In this document: piece after piece, positions 12,702 to 25,757 of the stretch
How the letters are laid out: every line of letters begins with the position of its first letter
How positions within the stretch are numbered: the first letter of the stretch is position 1
DNA from: Paecilomyces variotii
Taxonomy: Eukaryota
Assembly: GCA_004022145.1 (NCBI GenBank)
Contig: RCNU01000002.1
Length of the DNA stretch: 64,000 bases
Reading direction: 5' to 3' (one strand)
The notes under the pieces: generated by a model
What the model saw: the letters and a program-made list of their open reading frames with translations, nothing else
Databases searched by the model: none
What the model was told of the DNA's origin: nothing
Made by a program: the position numbers and the translations under genes

Positions 12702-13611
12702 ACAGACAAGGCCTTGTTTGCTCTCGGAGAAAGACTTTATCTATCGTGCTCCTCGTCATATTCCGGTTCTCTGAGCATTTCTTCCAATTCAATTTCCTCG
12801 GACATCGCAGGGCCGCTATTTGTCATGGTACGAAGGTAGTTCCGGTCGTACGAATCTATGCGAGGCCTTATCGGAAAGCCCGCAAAGTGGGCTCGTAGAC
12901 TGTCCCCCAGGCAGGATGAAAGAGCAAGGAAAACTGCGAAGGAATTAGTTGGATGCTAGTCGACGACAGCTGACTACTACAGACCCAGGAAAATCACGAG
13001 AGGCGCGAAGAAGATCAAGACCATGAACAGCCAGAAATTCATGACGATGGTTGTTGGAGTACAAAGGGACCTTGAGAGCAATCGAATTCACGTAGCTACA
13101 GAGATGCTGGCTGTTATCGTTCGAAATCTGCGCACTGGCAAGTTGCGAATGCCGCGGAAGAGTGAGCTTCATTTGCTGTGGATGCCTCAGGTTGAAGTGG
13201 GGATCTGAGCCCAAAAGCGGAATGGCTTCGAACGGGCTTTCACTTTTTCCCACATCGCAAAATTTCGACTTCTCTCTCTCTGCATGCTTTCTTAGCAATA
13301 ACGAGCTCTGGTCTTTGCAGGCCAAAACCAGAGTATTCTCTTTCATCTCTAGCTTATGTGAATGGTAAGTTCCGCCACCTATCTGCAGTCCTCCAGTCTT
13401 TAATATGATTATACAACTACTATAATCTGTCAATCCCCTGAAGCTCATTTTTTTAATCTCATTAATATCGAGCACCTGTGATTGAGAAACGTATTGAAAA
13501 TGATTAATCCCTTCTTACATGACCTGCTCACATTGCCATTTCTTGTGCCTGGACGCTAACATTTTTGGCTTATAAGAAGGTACGAGTTTTCTGCTTTCGT
13601 CTGTCTCCGCC

Positions 13612-14553
13612 ATGAGCACCAGCAAGCAGATTCTACCGAGTCTGCCAATCCAGATTTCCTTTGTGTCTGGCCGTTATCTGCTCTTTTCTATCGATGCAGT
13701 TACATATCTACGACGTGAACACAATATCTGTGGCGTCCTCATTGGCACTCTTCCCCAAATCCCACAGCAGAATGTGTTCCTCGGTCTCCCCCTCGAGTTG
13801 ATGCCCGAAGAGGCAAGGCTCTTGGTTGACAAGGGAGTCGCTTGCATCGTGGATGAAAAGAAGGCGCACAATGATGGGATGAAAGCGCTCATGCAAGAAG
13901 ATAGAAGGCGCTATCTGCAGGACTTGGAACACGAAGGACTCCAGGCTTCACGTATACAAGCAGAGAAAAAGGAGCTGCAGAGAGGAGAAGCCCTGAAGAA
14001 CCTTGAAAAGAAAAAAAGCGCGAAGGTGAAAGTTACTGACACCGAAACTGCTACTAAAGACCCGGCCGTAGCAGAAGATGATGTGGATACAGAGCTCTTT
14101 CGTCCAGATCAACGACCCGGGAGTGCTTTGGCGTCATCACGCGCATCTATCATTCCGGATACACCGTTTGGCATTACCCCAGCAACATCCTATCCACCTC
14201 TTCAAAGCCAAGCGCAGCCTGGATTACTGCTGCCCAAACCAGATGTGCCAGCATCTTATCCGTTATACGCGCATCTCCACTCGAAAGGATATTTTCTTGC
14301 ACCCGGTCTGCGCTTTGGTTGTCAATATCTAGCCTACCCTGGTGACTCGCTAAGGTTCCATTCTCACTTCCTAGTTGTCGCGGCTGACTGGGAGGAGGAA
14401 ATTGATCTAATGGACATCATTGTCGGCGGGCGTATGGGAACTGGAGTAAAGAAAGGCTTTCTGATCGGAGGGGCTGAAAAGACGCTCCCCACATCGGAAT
14501 CTGACACTAATGACAGCGTACGCACATTTAGCATTGAGTGGGCTGGAATGTGA
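13612..14553 (+). CDS. SEN34: tRNA-splicing endonuclease catalytic subunit
   Basis: LRREHNICGVLIGTLPQ.PQQNVFLGLPL, PGLRFGCQYLAYPGD.LRFHSH and GRMGTGVKK (catalytic Y/H/K), ending SIEWAGM. Confidence 0.95.
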   Translation: MSTSKQILPSLPIQISFVSGRYLLFSIDAVTYLRREHNICGVLIGTLPQIPQQNVFLGLPLELMPEEARLLVDKGVACIVDEKKAHNDGMKALMQEDRRRYLQDLEHEGLQASRIQAEKKELQRGEALKNLEKKKSAKVKVTDTETATKDPAVAEDDVDTELFRPDQRPGSALASSRASIIPDTPFGITPATSYPPLQSQAQPGLLLPKPDVPASYPLYAHLHSKGYFLAPGLRFGCQYLAYPGDSLRFHSHFLVVAADWEEEIDLMDIIVGGRMGTGVKKGFLIGGAEKTLPTSESDTNDSVRTFSIEWAGM

Positions 14554-15801
14554 GCGATTGCTAGATCTGCTTTCTACTCACGAAGGCGGTGCTCTAAGCT
14601 GTGCCTGTCTGCAGCTCTTATTTTCTCCGTAACAGGAGTATCTGATGCAGTCGTACAACACTTCCGTGTATACGGAGTCCAGTTGTCTGGCATAGCATAA
14701 TATGCAACGGATCCACGGACAGAATATCTGCTGAAGATATCTCAGGTATCTGTTCTGGTCTCGAGAGTCCACAGGTGATATCCTGTTCTGATGACCATGT
14801 TCCGCTAAAGGATAAAGGATAAAGGACCACAAGGCATCACAGCTTACAGCGATAAGCTAGGTCGAGGCCACAGCATCTCCAGCTCACTGATGGGACTAAG
14901 GATGTCCTCGTCGATCGCGGATTGATGCTAAGGGCGACATTTCTGTCACAGCCCTATCCTCTCCGGGGGAGTACAAGTTCAGACGATATCGTCTGTTAAA
15001 CCCCGATCTTCGTATGAAAATCAGGCTTAGAACAGCATAGTGATCTTGGCCAAGCACTTCTAATTTTTGAAGAAATAGTTGACGAAGATAACGAGATAAA
15101 TGCATATTGTGTACGATATTTTGATTCCATCTACGTTAATTCCCGGCATGTGGTTGTAATAGTAGTTTTTAACTGATGCTTTTTAAAGCGTATCCACCAT
15201 ATCCTGGGTATGGTGATTCAGAATGTATCCGCGGTCTCGTTCTTGCTTCTGTACTGTACAGGTTAAACCCTTTCTGCTTCTATCCCCAGCTGCCCGCCGG
15301 AAACGCAGCCCGCAGTTCGAGCGTTTGACACAGACAGGAGGCGTCCAATAACGTTTTTCAAAGTGCATGTCCAGAATTCGAGAGGTCATGGCATCTTCAA
15401 CTGACGTGCTTAAGGAATTGTCGTGGTTGAAGGTAGCCATCAACAGATGCGGCTTGTGGCCGGAGAGCAAGTTGCGAGATCCACCGAACAGCCGCTCCCT
15501 GACGATGAGCTCTCGTCTGCAGCTTTCGGGATGCAGTGCATTGTCCACATCGAACTCACTTGGACATGAGCGCGTGGTCTTGCACGGGTCATCGATTTCC
15601 AAGAGTGCACATTGCCAGTCTTCCTGGCAAGGAAAACACACCAATATGTTGACCACAACTGCTGCACAGTATGCGGCCGAAAGCAGATGGAATATCGCTT
15701 CGCATATATGACAGCTAATCCACCGTCAAAGTCACATACTCGCGCAAATGCTGCACCGGAGATGCAGAAACCAGAGTTGTAATTGCCATAGCTGGATCAT
15801 T

Positions 15802-16624
15802 TCAGAGGTAGTCGATATTCTTCCATTTGAACTTCTTGCTCGCACGGTCGACAGGGCGGTTCTCGAACTGACTGCCATGTAGTTCGAAGACGCATTCCTT
15901 CTGCGTTTGGGTTCCCTCAGTCGCTTCTTTATCTCCCTGATTGTTGGGTAGAGGGACGGTAAAACGGAAGATAGTATGTTCCTTAGGAATCGCTGCAAAT
16001 AAATGGTAAGCAGTGTCCTTTTAAAGTAGTATGTAATGAATCAATGAACTGCGGAAACGGGGTGTGATGATTCTTGAGGGAACTTAGTCCGATGATTCGG
16101 AACGTACTCTTCATTTCATCCTTCTCTGTCACCACTACAAACGTAAATTTCGAGTCTCTCACCACGATCCCCTTGAGTCCGACTCTGCTTGGGCATTTGC
16201 TCCGCACAACCTCCATCTCCGCGCCATGGTAGTCTGCGCTCACCAGCTTACTCCCATGCGACTGCGGTGTCACCGCCGTAGTCCTACCGTCCTTTATACC
16301 TAAGATCTCCTGCATGTACTCCACCCACATTTTATGAAGGCCCTTGAAGATCTCATATTTGCACTCTTCCTTCGGCAGATCGTGGATTCCAGAGATTCGC
16401 TTCTCTCGCGCGGACAGCGGCTTCGGTTTCTGTTTGCGTAGGAAATATTCCTTCTTGCGCAGCCGTTGGAGACGTCGACGGTTCCTGTTGTCTGCCGGGG
16501 TAGGGGACGTAGGACGCAAAAATAGTGGTTTCTGCTTGATCCGTTCTGTGAAGAGCTGCTCCGCGGTGTCGGGCGAGTGAGCACGCGCGATGAGCTCGTG
16601 TGCGATGTGGTTTTGCTTGGCCAT
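15802..16624 (-). CDS. POP4: RNase P/MRP subunit p29
   Basis: LHKMWVEYM, KLVSADYHGA, VVRSKCPSRVGLKGIV. Intron 15993-16107, then exon IPKEHTIFRF...ELHGSQFENRPVDRASKKFKWKNIDYL*. Confidence 0.93.
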
Positions 16625-19600
16625 TGCCGGAATAAACGGTTATATCAATATGCTACCGGTTCTTCATGCTTGTCTCTGGAGGCGTGCACTGTTATTGTGG
16701 CAGATTGTCGAGCAATACGGCGGCGAAGCACTCGAGATAGTTATTCAAGATCAGAGCCTGCTAAGCTTTCTTCGACTCTTATTGGTTGGACTGTTATATG
16801 TCACGTGATCTATAGATTGCAGATATTCCCCCATTACCTGGTTGATTTATCAATTCCATGACATCCCAGGAAATCTAGATGTTATTATTAGAATCTTAGG
16901 CAATGGGTGATCGTTCAATACCCGGGATCACACTCCTTGTCTTTGTGTAATAACTATAACGAAGGAGTTGATAAATATATGTACGCACCCCAGCGATACC
17001 CACGTTTCACGAGCTTTTTTTTTTTTTTTTTTGATGCCTACACGGACAGCCAGGAGACGAGCTCAGGAGTCGAGTCCGCATGTATTCTTTTTATCTAAAT
17101 CATTGTTTCAGTTAGATTTTTGTATAATCTAAGGTATCGTAGATCAATCCACAACGTGTGGGTAGGTTCACTCCGGAATATCCGACTTCTTGTTTGATCT
17201 CTCAAGATGAACATTAGTTATCAGTGTTTATCAGTGTTTAGTAACTACTCCTTCGCAAATTCGACTCTAATTGTAGTCGAACACGCGTTTGCATTCCTGC
17301 TCTCTAGTTGTCCCACATTGCCGATATATTTGCATTAGTAGGTGTATGTGAAATCGTCAAAGGCGACGATCTTTTCATGTGTATATGTCGTGCACTGGTA
17401 CCTCGGATACCCCGAAAGGCTATGGAGCCCCTTTTTGCGCGTTATGCTGTCTCTGTGTAACCGGGGTCTGTCAATAGTCGTCCTCCCTGAATGCTCCATC
17501 GACCCGAGGTCAGTCGTAAAACAGAGAAATGTCGCTGGCAAAAGGAAGTCCGTTCATTTGTCAGCCTCGTCGCAAAAGAATAATGCGACCTAGAGTCAGT
17601 ATTGCCTGCAGACACAATGGCAACGGTTGACCCGAAGGTACGGAAGAAACCGTATTGACGGTTTCAGAAACATAATGTTTTGGCGACTAGCATCGGTTTC
17701 TCCGAGTCCATAGCAGGATCAAGTTCGCTGCTTTATTTAAAGTTAACCTGTAGATACGTCCATATTCGAAACATGTACTCCGTAAGTGGAAACCGGAGTT
17801 CTGTCTCCGAGGTGGTCCCATTCCTTAAGTACTCATGTCCCCATCTCACAATAGACAATAGTTAACCGCTCGATAGTCCGATCGATGGCTTTTCCCGAAC
17901 TAGGAGCTGATTTCCAGCTCTCAAGTTCGCAATTGAGCGGATTGATTGTTGGTCTGTGCTGTCGATGGAGCTGGCGAATCTGGTATGGATAATCTCTTTG
18001 CCCTGCCACTTCCAATCGTTTTCATTCCTACTGCGGTCCTGGCAGCAGCTTCATGTGAAATTGTTCTTGCAGGGTATGTATCAGTTGAACTATACTTATT
18101 CAGTTGCTCAGAGCGAAGGAAGAGAGTAGGTACTGACTTCTCTCTCTGGATTGTTACAATCTCAACATTGTCGCCAACGCTCTTCAGCCCTCCCTTACAA
18201 ATTCACTTCAGTCGATCTGAGATTGTCCTCACCGAGCAGTTCTATCGGAGTCGTCATTTCCCGGTCAATTGCTGGCCCAGTAACGGACTGGCTGGCTTTC
18301 GCGCTAAATAGATGCGTAAGCGGAATGAAGACGTTCACAAACCCGAACACCATCTTCCTGCCCTTCTATTCCTGTTCTTCGTCGGCCCGACTGGTCTCAT
18401 AGTTTTTGGATATGCCGTCTCTCTGCAACGGTAGATTGTCCAGCCCCCAGCCGGGACCGTGATGGTAGCAGCATCATTGACTCTAGTCCCATCGGCCATG
18501 CTCACATATGTTGCTGTTGTCCATCCAGGGATAAGTGGCGAAGCGTTGGTTCTCATCAACAACAAAAAATTGTTACCTTTGCTCTTGCGACGAATGGAGA
18601 CGTAAGTATGGCTTGCTATATCCGGTGTAGCAAGTCTGTTCTATGATATGACGGCATGCCAATAGGGCGTTTTGGCTTTGGAAATCCCTCTTTATTTTTC
18701 TGGTGAATGGATGACAAGGAAGGACGAGCCGTCTCTAATCTTCTTTTTTTATATCAGGGATGGCGTTCGGAGAGTTTAATTACCTTGCAATTTGAATTTG
18801 GAAGGCTTATAGATTCTCATGCATCGTAATATATATTGACCTAGCTCCCGGTTAAGCTCGGACTAGATCAGTTCACATACAAACGTACGACTTTTTTCTG
18901 ACTGCAGAATAAACTACTATTGAACTGCAAATCAGATACTTAGACGATAGATTTCGGTATTCTCCTAGTAGTCAAGCAATCCAGATTATTTCCCCCTCAA
19001 TTGATCAGCTTCCAAACCTGCTTCCGTGATCCTAGGATTCGACAAGATATCATCAGATCATCACTACACTTGCCGTATCTTTCTTTCTTATTTTACACAA
19101 TTGAATGAACGCTCACACTCGCTGCTCCAGAGCTTTCCAAATCCTTAACGTGAGGGGGAAATAGTAGACCGTTTATCGTTATCGAATGATGAATGCCAAG
19201 CCAACCTCATACGACGCATCACATACCATAGAGAAGAATAGCAGGGAAAAAAAAAAGTGGCGCAGGCAAGCCGTTTCTCGGAGAAATATCCATAACGATC
19301 AATAAATCGGGGTCCCCCGGGGGGTAGGGAAACGTGATGGATCCAATGGCATAGCCAACTTTTTTCTTTCCAAGTCAACGGATTTGTCCCGCTTTCTGTC
19401 ATCAGTCATCGTCACCCATCACCTACGAATAGTTACTCTATTTCCTCTAGATAGATAGACCACCCAACACGATAACCTTTCCCTTTTGGATAGTTAATGC
19501 AGGGACGATATCTTAACCAAACCCAATCACACGGGGAACGAACATGCCAGTTCCCGCCCGTGACAAGGAACAAGGGAGAACTGGGAGGAGGGGGCTTTCA

Positions 19601-22600
19601 CCACTACGAGGTATCTGATAGGGCCTCGAGAACTTCTCGTTTCGCAGAAAAAAAAGAGGCTAGGAAATAGGCTTTCAACGGCTTTAACGGCTTTTCGGAT
19701 GTTGATCTCCTTGAGACTGAGTGAACTTCGGCTTTTTCTTTTTTTCTTTTTTTTTTCTTCTTTTTCCCCTATCTTTTCTTTCCGACCTCGGTTCGGCTTA
19801 GCTGTGCCCTAATCAAATCAGCACGTTGTCTTGGTCGGAATTATAGGTGATCTAGCAGCGTCGCAAGAGCGGCGCAGACATGCGCGAGGACGTGAAAGGA
19901 GATGAATGCGGGGATGGGGGGCGCTTTAGGGTCTAGTGTGCAGCCGGATCGGACGTCCCGTATGTAGTAGTGTAGAGAACAAGATCTGGGTTCTAGGGTG
20001 CATGGGGGAGCATAAGTTTGTATTCTAGATGGGATAAGTTACCAGGTTTCGTTGATTTTGATGTTGACCGGGCGGGGTACCTCTCTCGGCTGTTAGTACT
20101 ATATTGTCCTTCTCGTCTAGAATGTTGTTTTTGGTGGCGACGTGCTGCGGCCTTCCAACGGGAGGCGAGCGTGTGCTATGGCTATGGCTATGGACATGGA
20201 CATGGACATGTTCTCGTTTCTATGCAAGGGAAGAAATTGGAGTTGGAGTTGGTAACTTCTAGCGAACACAGGATCCACGTACTGCCTCATCACAATCTAG
20301 ACTGTTTAAGCGCTGCAAAGCTGTCGAGTGCGAAGCAGAGACTAGCTCTAGAACGCTGCCTAACTACGGGTGCTGCCGTAGTGTGTTCGTTCACCGCGGT
20401 ATGGATTTCGTCTCCTGATGGTTCCATCGGCCTTTGCACAGTACTTTGCGTAGGCATGATTATTGATCCCGTATTTGAGGAAGGTTGCCTCGATGATGCT
20501 GCTGATTATGATGCATTGCCCGTCAGCAACCGGTTAGTTATACAAAAGTAAGGCGGACGCCTTGTACTTATGTAGCATTATCACAAAATAGTAGGACAAT
20601 ACTCATGAACGAACGCGGCGTACTGCATCTTTTAGAAGATGCTGAATAATGAGATTGTCCGACTGATTGGCGAACGCGATAGCCAGCATATCCGCTGCAA
20701 ACCAGCATGTACCTAACATAGTAGCTGGACCCAATCACAGCAGAGATAGTCACCCAATTCTGATACCAGAGGGAGAATTCTCCGATGAAGACGTAAGACA
20801 CGGCCTGTAGCCCATTCCAAGAGAATGCGCTGTCTTGGACTTCTGGAGCGAGATCTGCTGTGTAATGTAGCACGACCGTCATGCTGGCTAGACTGGGTTA
20901 TCATCACACATATTCGCATCTAGTGTATACATACTATAAACGTAAATAGCTTCTGGAACCGTCGAGATGTAGCTGAGAAGCATGGCTATCGTCGAGTTGA
21001 AGAAGATCTCCGCTTCCCGTCATGCGATCATCCTGGAGATGCGATAATAGTTTTCATCACTGTGCCGCCTGGAGCGAACCTGATGGTGCTGGGGCTCTGC
21101 TAGCGGCAAGGACAAGACGATCACCGCTGGGACCAAATCCTGGAATTATTGTTTCCAAGACATGGCCCTATAGAAGCAGTAATGGTACTCCGTAGTCGTC
21201 ATCAATCTGTGGGTGTCTGTATCAGTGTATATGTGATTCTTTTTGCCCGTGGTGGCTGGGTCTTCGGGTAGTTGGCTTCTAAATCGATAAGGGTCATCAT
21301 TGTCCATAAATTTTCACCGGCTGTCAACACTATTAGATAGTCAGTTAAGAGGACTGTGACTGTCAGTGTTGACAGGTTTTTTAGCAACCCTTTAGGCTCG
21401 GGTACCAGTACTAATGATCAGAAGCCGTGCTGCTAGCTAGTACTGACTGCTGTATTATTGATTGATGCCATGAAAGGAACAAGACAATTAGCGGAAACGA
21501 AAATAACTTACGGATACGGCGCAGTGGGGTGTTTCGGACGGGTACGGGGCCTATACGGGGTGATCCCTCCGGACGGTACTCCCGCGCGTCAGGGACCATG
21601 AAACCAGTTATTATTATTTAAATTGTTCACGGACGGACTCCAGAGCATCCAGTGGAGAAACCAGAGAACGGGGAGATGGCTCAATCATAATTGCCGCTCC
21701 ACGTCGAGCGTACACTACATCTATCTAAATTCTAACCGGTAGAGCATTGAATCGTGTAGTCTCTCTCAGTCGTACCAGAATGACTCGTGTAGGCTAGGTG
21801 CGGATACTCTCCGGCTTCCCGTTCCCGCGCCATGGTCCAACTTTAAGGGCGTGTTGCTAAAGTATCTTTGCGTGCTGCGAGGCTGCCTTTGGATGCACGC
21901 TGCGATGTACAGAAAAGACATAATAATACGGCGTCGACGGACGAGACAGATCCCTCACTGCTTGGTACCATGATGTGGTTCAAGGCTGCTGCATGCACTG
22001 TTCTTTGTCGGGACAACTGATGCTGCCACCCGCTCGATCTACGGGAAACCCTTGATCTTCTCTCTTCCTCCAGTGCGAGTATTTCCCCCTCTGGGACAGA
22101 CGACTCCTGAACCGACCGAAAAGAATGGCAGGGAGAGATGGGATATATCATCATCGTCATGGTCTCAACGCCGTTGGAAAGGAGGGTCCATTAAGACAAC
22201 GCCCCTGCGGAGGATCCTTGAACTGCGACAGCGTTAGTGAAGAACCCAGCGGGAGTCGAATAATAATGGCGGTTGATGGCCCGAGAGAATCATGCTTAGT
22301 AGTATCACCTTATACCCAGTCCGGAGTAGCCGTCGCAACCGGGTTGTGTCTGTCTGTCTGTCTCTTCGCCCTCTGGCCTCCAACTAGTTAACTAATTAAC
22401 TAGTTTATCAGTCTCTTTCCTCTCTCCACCAGGTGGGCCCGCGTTCGTTCCCCTCGGCTGTGGCTCTCAGACCTCCGCTAGAGAAGCATCGCGCTCTGGT
22501 CGGTGGTCTGCAGACAGGTGTTCGTTCCGTGACGGTAGCCGGACTGGGTAGGTGGCTTCAGCGTAGATGCAGTCCAGCCAAGCAGGAGCAGCGTTCAGGT

Positions 22601-23395
22601 AACTAGTTATCGGTTAAACTCCCCATCTGAAGTCCCGGCTGGAGTGTAGCAGTAGTATTATTATTATTATTCGGACGCACCCGTCCTGTCTCGTCGAATT
22701 CCCTCTTTTGCCTGCCTCGTATCGCGCGTCGCATCCGTATTATTCCTCCACGCAGTGCTGGGCGAGACTGAGAAAACTGCAGCAGCAAAGAGAAAGGAGA
22801 AAAAAACCGATTCTCTTTTCTTCTTTTCCTCATCGTCCATCTTGTCAATAATCCGCGTCGACATTTAATAATACAATACTAATTTGTATTATCAACCCAT
22901 CCAGCCCACTGCCCGCTGGTTCCCCCCGGGCCCAGTGAGCCGTGTCCCTGCTGTCCCACACAGATCCTGTGCCCCGGAGCGTCCATTCACCATACATAAT
23001 AATCGCCTCGCCCGCCCGCGTGGTTCGCCATCCGCCTGGGAGTCCCAGGGACTTGGTCTTGGGGGCTTTTTCAATGCACCATCCAGAACGCATTCTCACC
23101 GCTTCCTGTCGTTCGTCACTCGTGCAGCATCCAGAGCCGTCTGGTCGGGCGGTTTAAATAGGAGGTTCTTCAGTGACTCTTGGTCGGGCAGTCAAATCAA
23201 CTGTGGGTGAAATTGGGTCGACTTCGGACGACGGACGATCACCGACGGGAAACGTCTATAGCAAATATTTATCTGCACCGTCGATACTCACGAACCAGCG
23301 TGCATCCTTCTACGATAGCCATCTGATGGTTGTGACATTTATCCGATTTATCTTAACTGAGCAAATCCAAAAAAGAGAAACCCCCTATCGCGACC

Positions 23396-24574
23396 ATGTC
23401 GAGTCCTCGTCCCAGTGAGGAGAAGCCCGAGGGCCTCTCCAAGTACATCCAGAGGATGAGAACGGTGCTGCGCAGAGGCTCCAGCTCGAAGCGGGCCTCT
23501 GTTTCCAGTATCGGCGAAGTCCTCGGAGGCGAATCGAGCAAGTCTGCAGCGTAAGAAGCAATGCGAAATCGTGTATCGTCTGAGGAATGTCTATACTAAC
23601 CTGTCGAACAGTGCCAAGACAGCTGCCCCCGCCCAGCAGAAGAATACGACTCCTGCTGAGAAGACTACTGCGCCGGGCCATTGGAGCTCCATGCAACAGG
23701 AGAAGGCGCGCGCTCTGTTCGCCAAGTATGGACTCACCCTGGAGCCCGAAGAGTGGATATCGTCTCGCAACTTGAACGTCGAACGCGTCGAGAAACCGAT
23801 TCGCATGAGGGTTCGTCGCACCTGTCACCGCTGCCAGACCACTTTTGGCCCCGACAAGGTCTGTGTCAACTGCCAGCATGTGCGCTGCAAGAAGTGCGCT
23901 CGTTATCCTCCCGCCAAGTCCAAAGAACAGAAGGAGCAGAAGGAGGCGAAGACGAAGGTCGCAGCCGCCGCTGCAGCGAAACAGGAGGCTCGTCCGAAGC
24001 AGCAGAAGACCAAGCTGCCTGTGCTTACGATTCCCTCCCGCACCGGTGGTCAGGATCTGGTCCGCAAACCGATCAAGCAGAGGGTCCGCCGTTACTGTCA
24101 CAGGTGCAACAATCTCTTCATTGGAGGAGCAACGGAGTGTACCCAGTGCAAGCATATTCGTTGCAAGAAGTGTCCTCGCGATCCGTATGTGCTTAAAGAA
24201 GAGTTTTTTATGTCGAGCACTGTTACTGACTTTATACTAGGCCTAAACTTAAGAAATACCCAGACGGATATCCGGGTGACGCGGAACCTCCGTTCGAACC
24301 ACAGCCACGCGTTTGGAAGAAACCCAGACGCAGGGTTAAATGGCACTGCGGCAAATGTTCGACAGTATACCAGCATGGCCAAAGTGTTTGTTTGAACTGT
24401 GGCAATGAGAAAGGACCCGACACTATAAGGGAACCGTATGTTAAGCCCCATCCGCATATACCACACGTCCATTCTAACTGATTACACAGGCCGAAGAAAA
24501 TTAAACCGGAACCAGACCCTGAAGTGGTGAGGCGTGTCGAAGAGAGGCTAGCGCAACTGAGTCTCAAGACTTGA
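23396..24574 (+). CDS. Hypothetical protein with three Cys-rich zinc-ribbon-like modules
   Basis: Four exons (introns 23551-23611, 24185-24240 and 24436-24489, all GT..AG and frame-consistent). Modules RRTCHRC..C..C.H.RCKKC (twice) and WHCGKC..CLNC. Confidence 0.85.
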
Positions 24575-25346
24575 CAAGATATCCGGATGGTTTTGTTGGT
24601 AGATGTCGAGCTTAGATACCGATCATTGGCAATCATTCGCACATCTCCTGGCGCGTTCCAGTGCTTTACAATCCTTTCTCAACCAAGACTCTCCTGTTAA
24701 CGATTCTTACGATGACGAGCGAAACAACCTTGGGTCCTCCCAAGGCAAAGATGAACCACAACTCTAGTAGCATTCTGCTGCGTCAACACCCCCTTATCAC
24801 TGCCTGGGTTTTGATGCCAAAGTCATCCATCCATATGGCTTTGGTTAGCGTGTGATATCTTTTACTGCTCTGTGTGCTCTTCTCTCGCTGCTTTCACTTT
24901 ATTGCGATTGATACCTATACTTGGCAGGAAAATGATTCGACTTTGCTTCCTGCAATTCCCATAATGATATCCCTCATCGCTTTCTTTACACTGCCTCCCC
25001 CGTCCTTCATTCAACACACTATCAGTACAGACGATGCGCCTTGCATATCGATAGCAACCACAATATACGCCTTGACAGAGTCAATTCTAAATCTGCACGA
25101 ACACGAATGACGTAGCACGATCTGTCTGTCTGCCCTTGCCTTCGTGCCATTTCACCTACCTGATTACATTATTTCCCTCTTCCCGTTCCACAGAGGTCCG
25201 TGTCCCGATTAACCGACCTTGTTCCCAGTAGTAGCAAATTATAATCAATACGAGTAGAAGAAACTGAAACGATCTTGCTATGGCAGAGGAGCAATGAGGT
25301 GTAGGATGCCAAAAGCGGGCGTTTAGTCAGCTACCCTTGTGTAGTC

Positions 25347-25757
25347 ACGTAATTCACCCCCGAGTGGCTCAAACCCCCGACTGGATCAGCGCCGTATTGC
25401 ATACAAATCAGCCAGATTAGCAGCGCAATATCTCAACCACACAACAAATAAAGAGGATTAATCTTTTGAATATATAAGCATATACCTTATAGAGTATATA
25501 TCTTCATTTTTAAAGATATTATTTCGAATTTGGTTCTAGATAAAAAATGAAACACGAAAATTACAATAGCATTTCATATTGTCCAAGGAATTATAGATTT
25601 TTCGAATCAATCCGTTAAATCTGTATTGATCATATGTTAGTATATTATAAATACTAAGGACTAGTCCTTTTCATTTGCTATATGGTTGAGAAATTGCGCT
25701 GCTAATCTAGCTGATTTGTATGCAATACGGCACCGATCCATTCGGGGTGAATTACGT
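25347..25757. mobile_element. MITE / non-autonomous TIR element (pogo/Fot1-like termini)
   Basis: Inverted repeats 25347-25439 and 25683-25757 (ACGTAATTCACCCC...GCCGTATTGCATACAAATCAGC.AGATTAGCAGCGCAAT.TCTCAACCA), weakly extending ~40 bp further inward. AT-rich non-coding core. ACGT termini. Confidence 0.8.

Noticed and set aside
12945-13475. 176-aa minus-strand ORF between ELP4 and SEN34
   Set aside because: Non-ATG start, no recognisable motifs and atypical composition.
14578-15780. ORFs or an RNase P/MRP RNA between SEN34 and POP4
   Set aside because: Overlapping short ORFs with no motifs, and I could not find the conserved P4 helix sequences. An Rfam scan would settle it.
20176-20210. 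(TATGGC)n(CATGGA)n hexamer run and the surrounding 177-aa ORF
   Set aside because: Simple microsatellite; the ORF has a non-ATG start and no protein-like features.
23385-24155. 256-aa minus-strand ORF (and similar antisense ORFs such as 58402-59055)
   Set aside because: Antisense shadows of real genes on the opposite strand.
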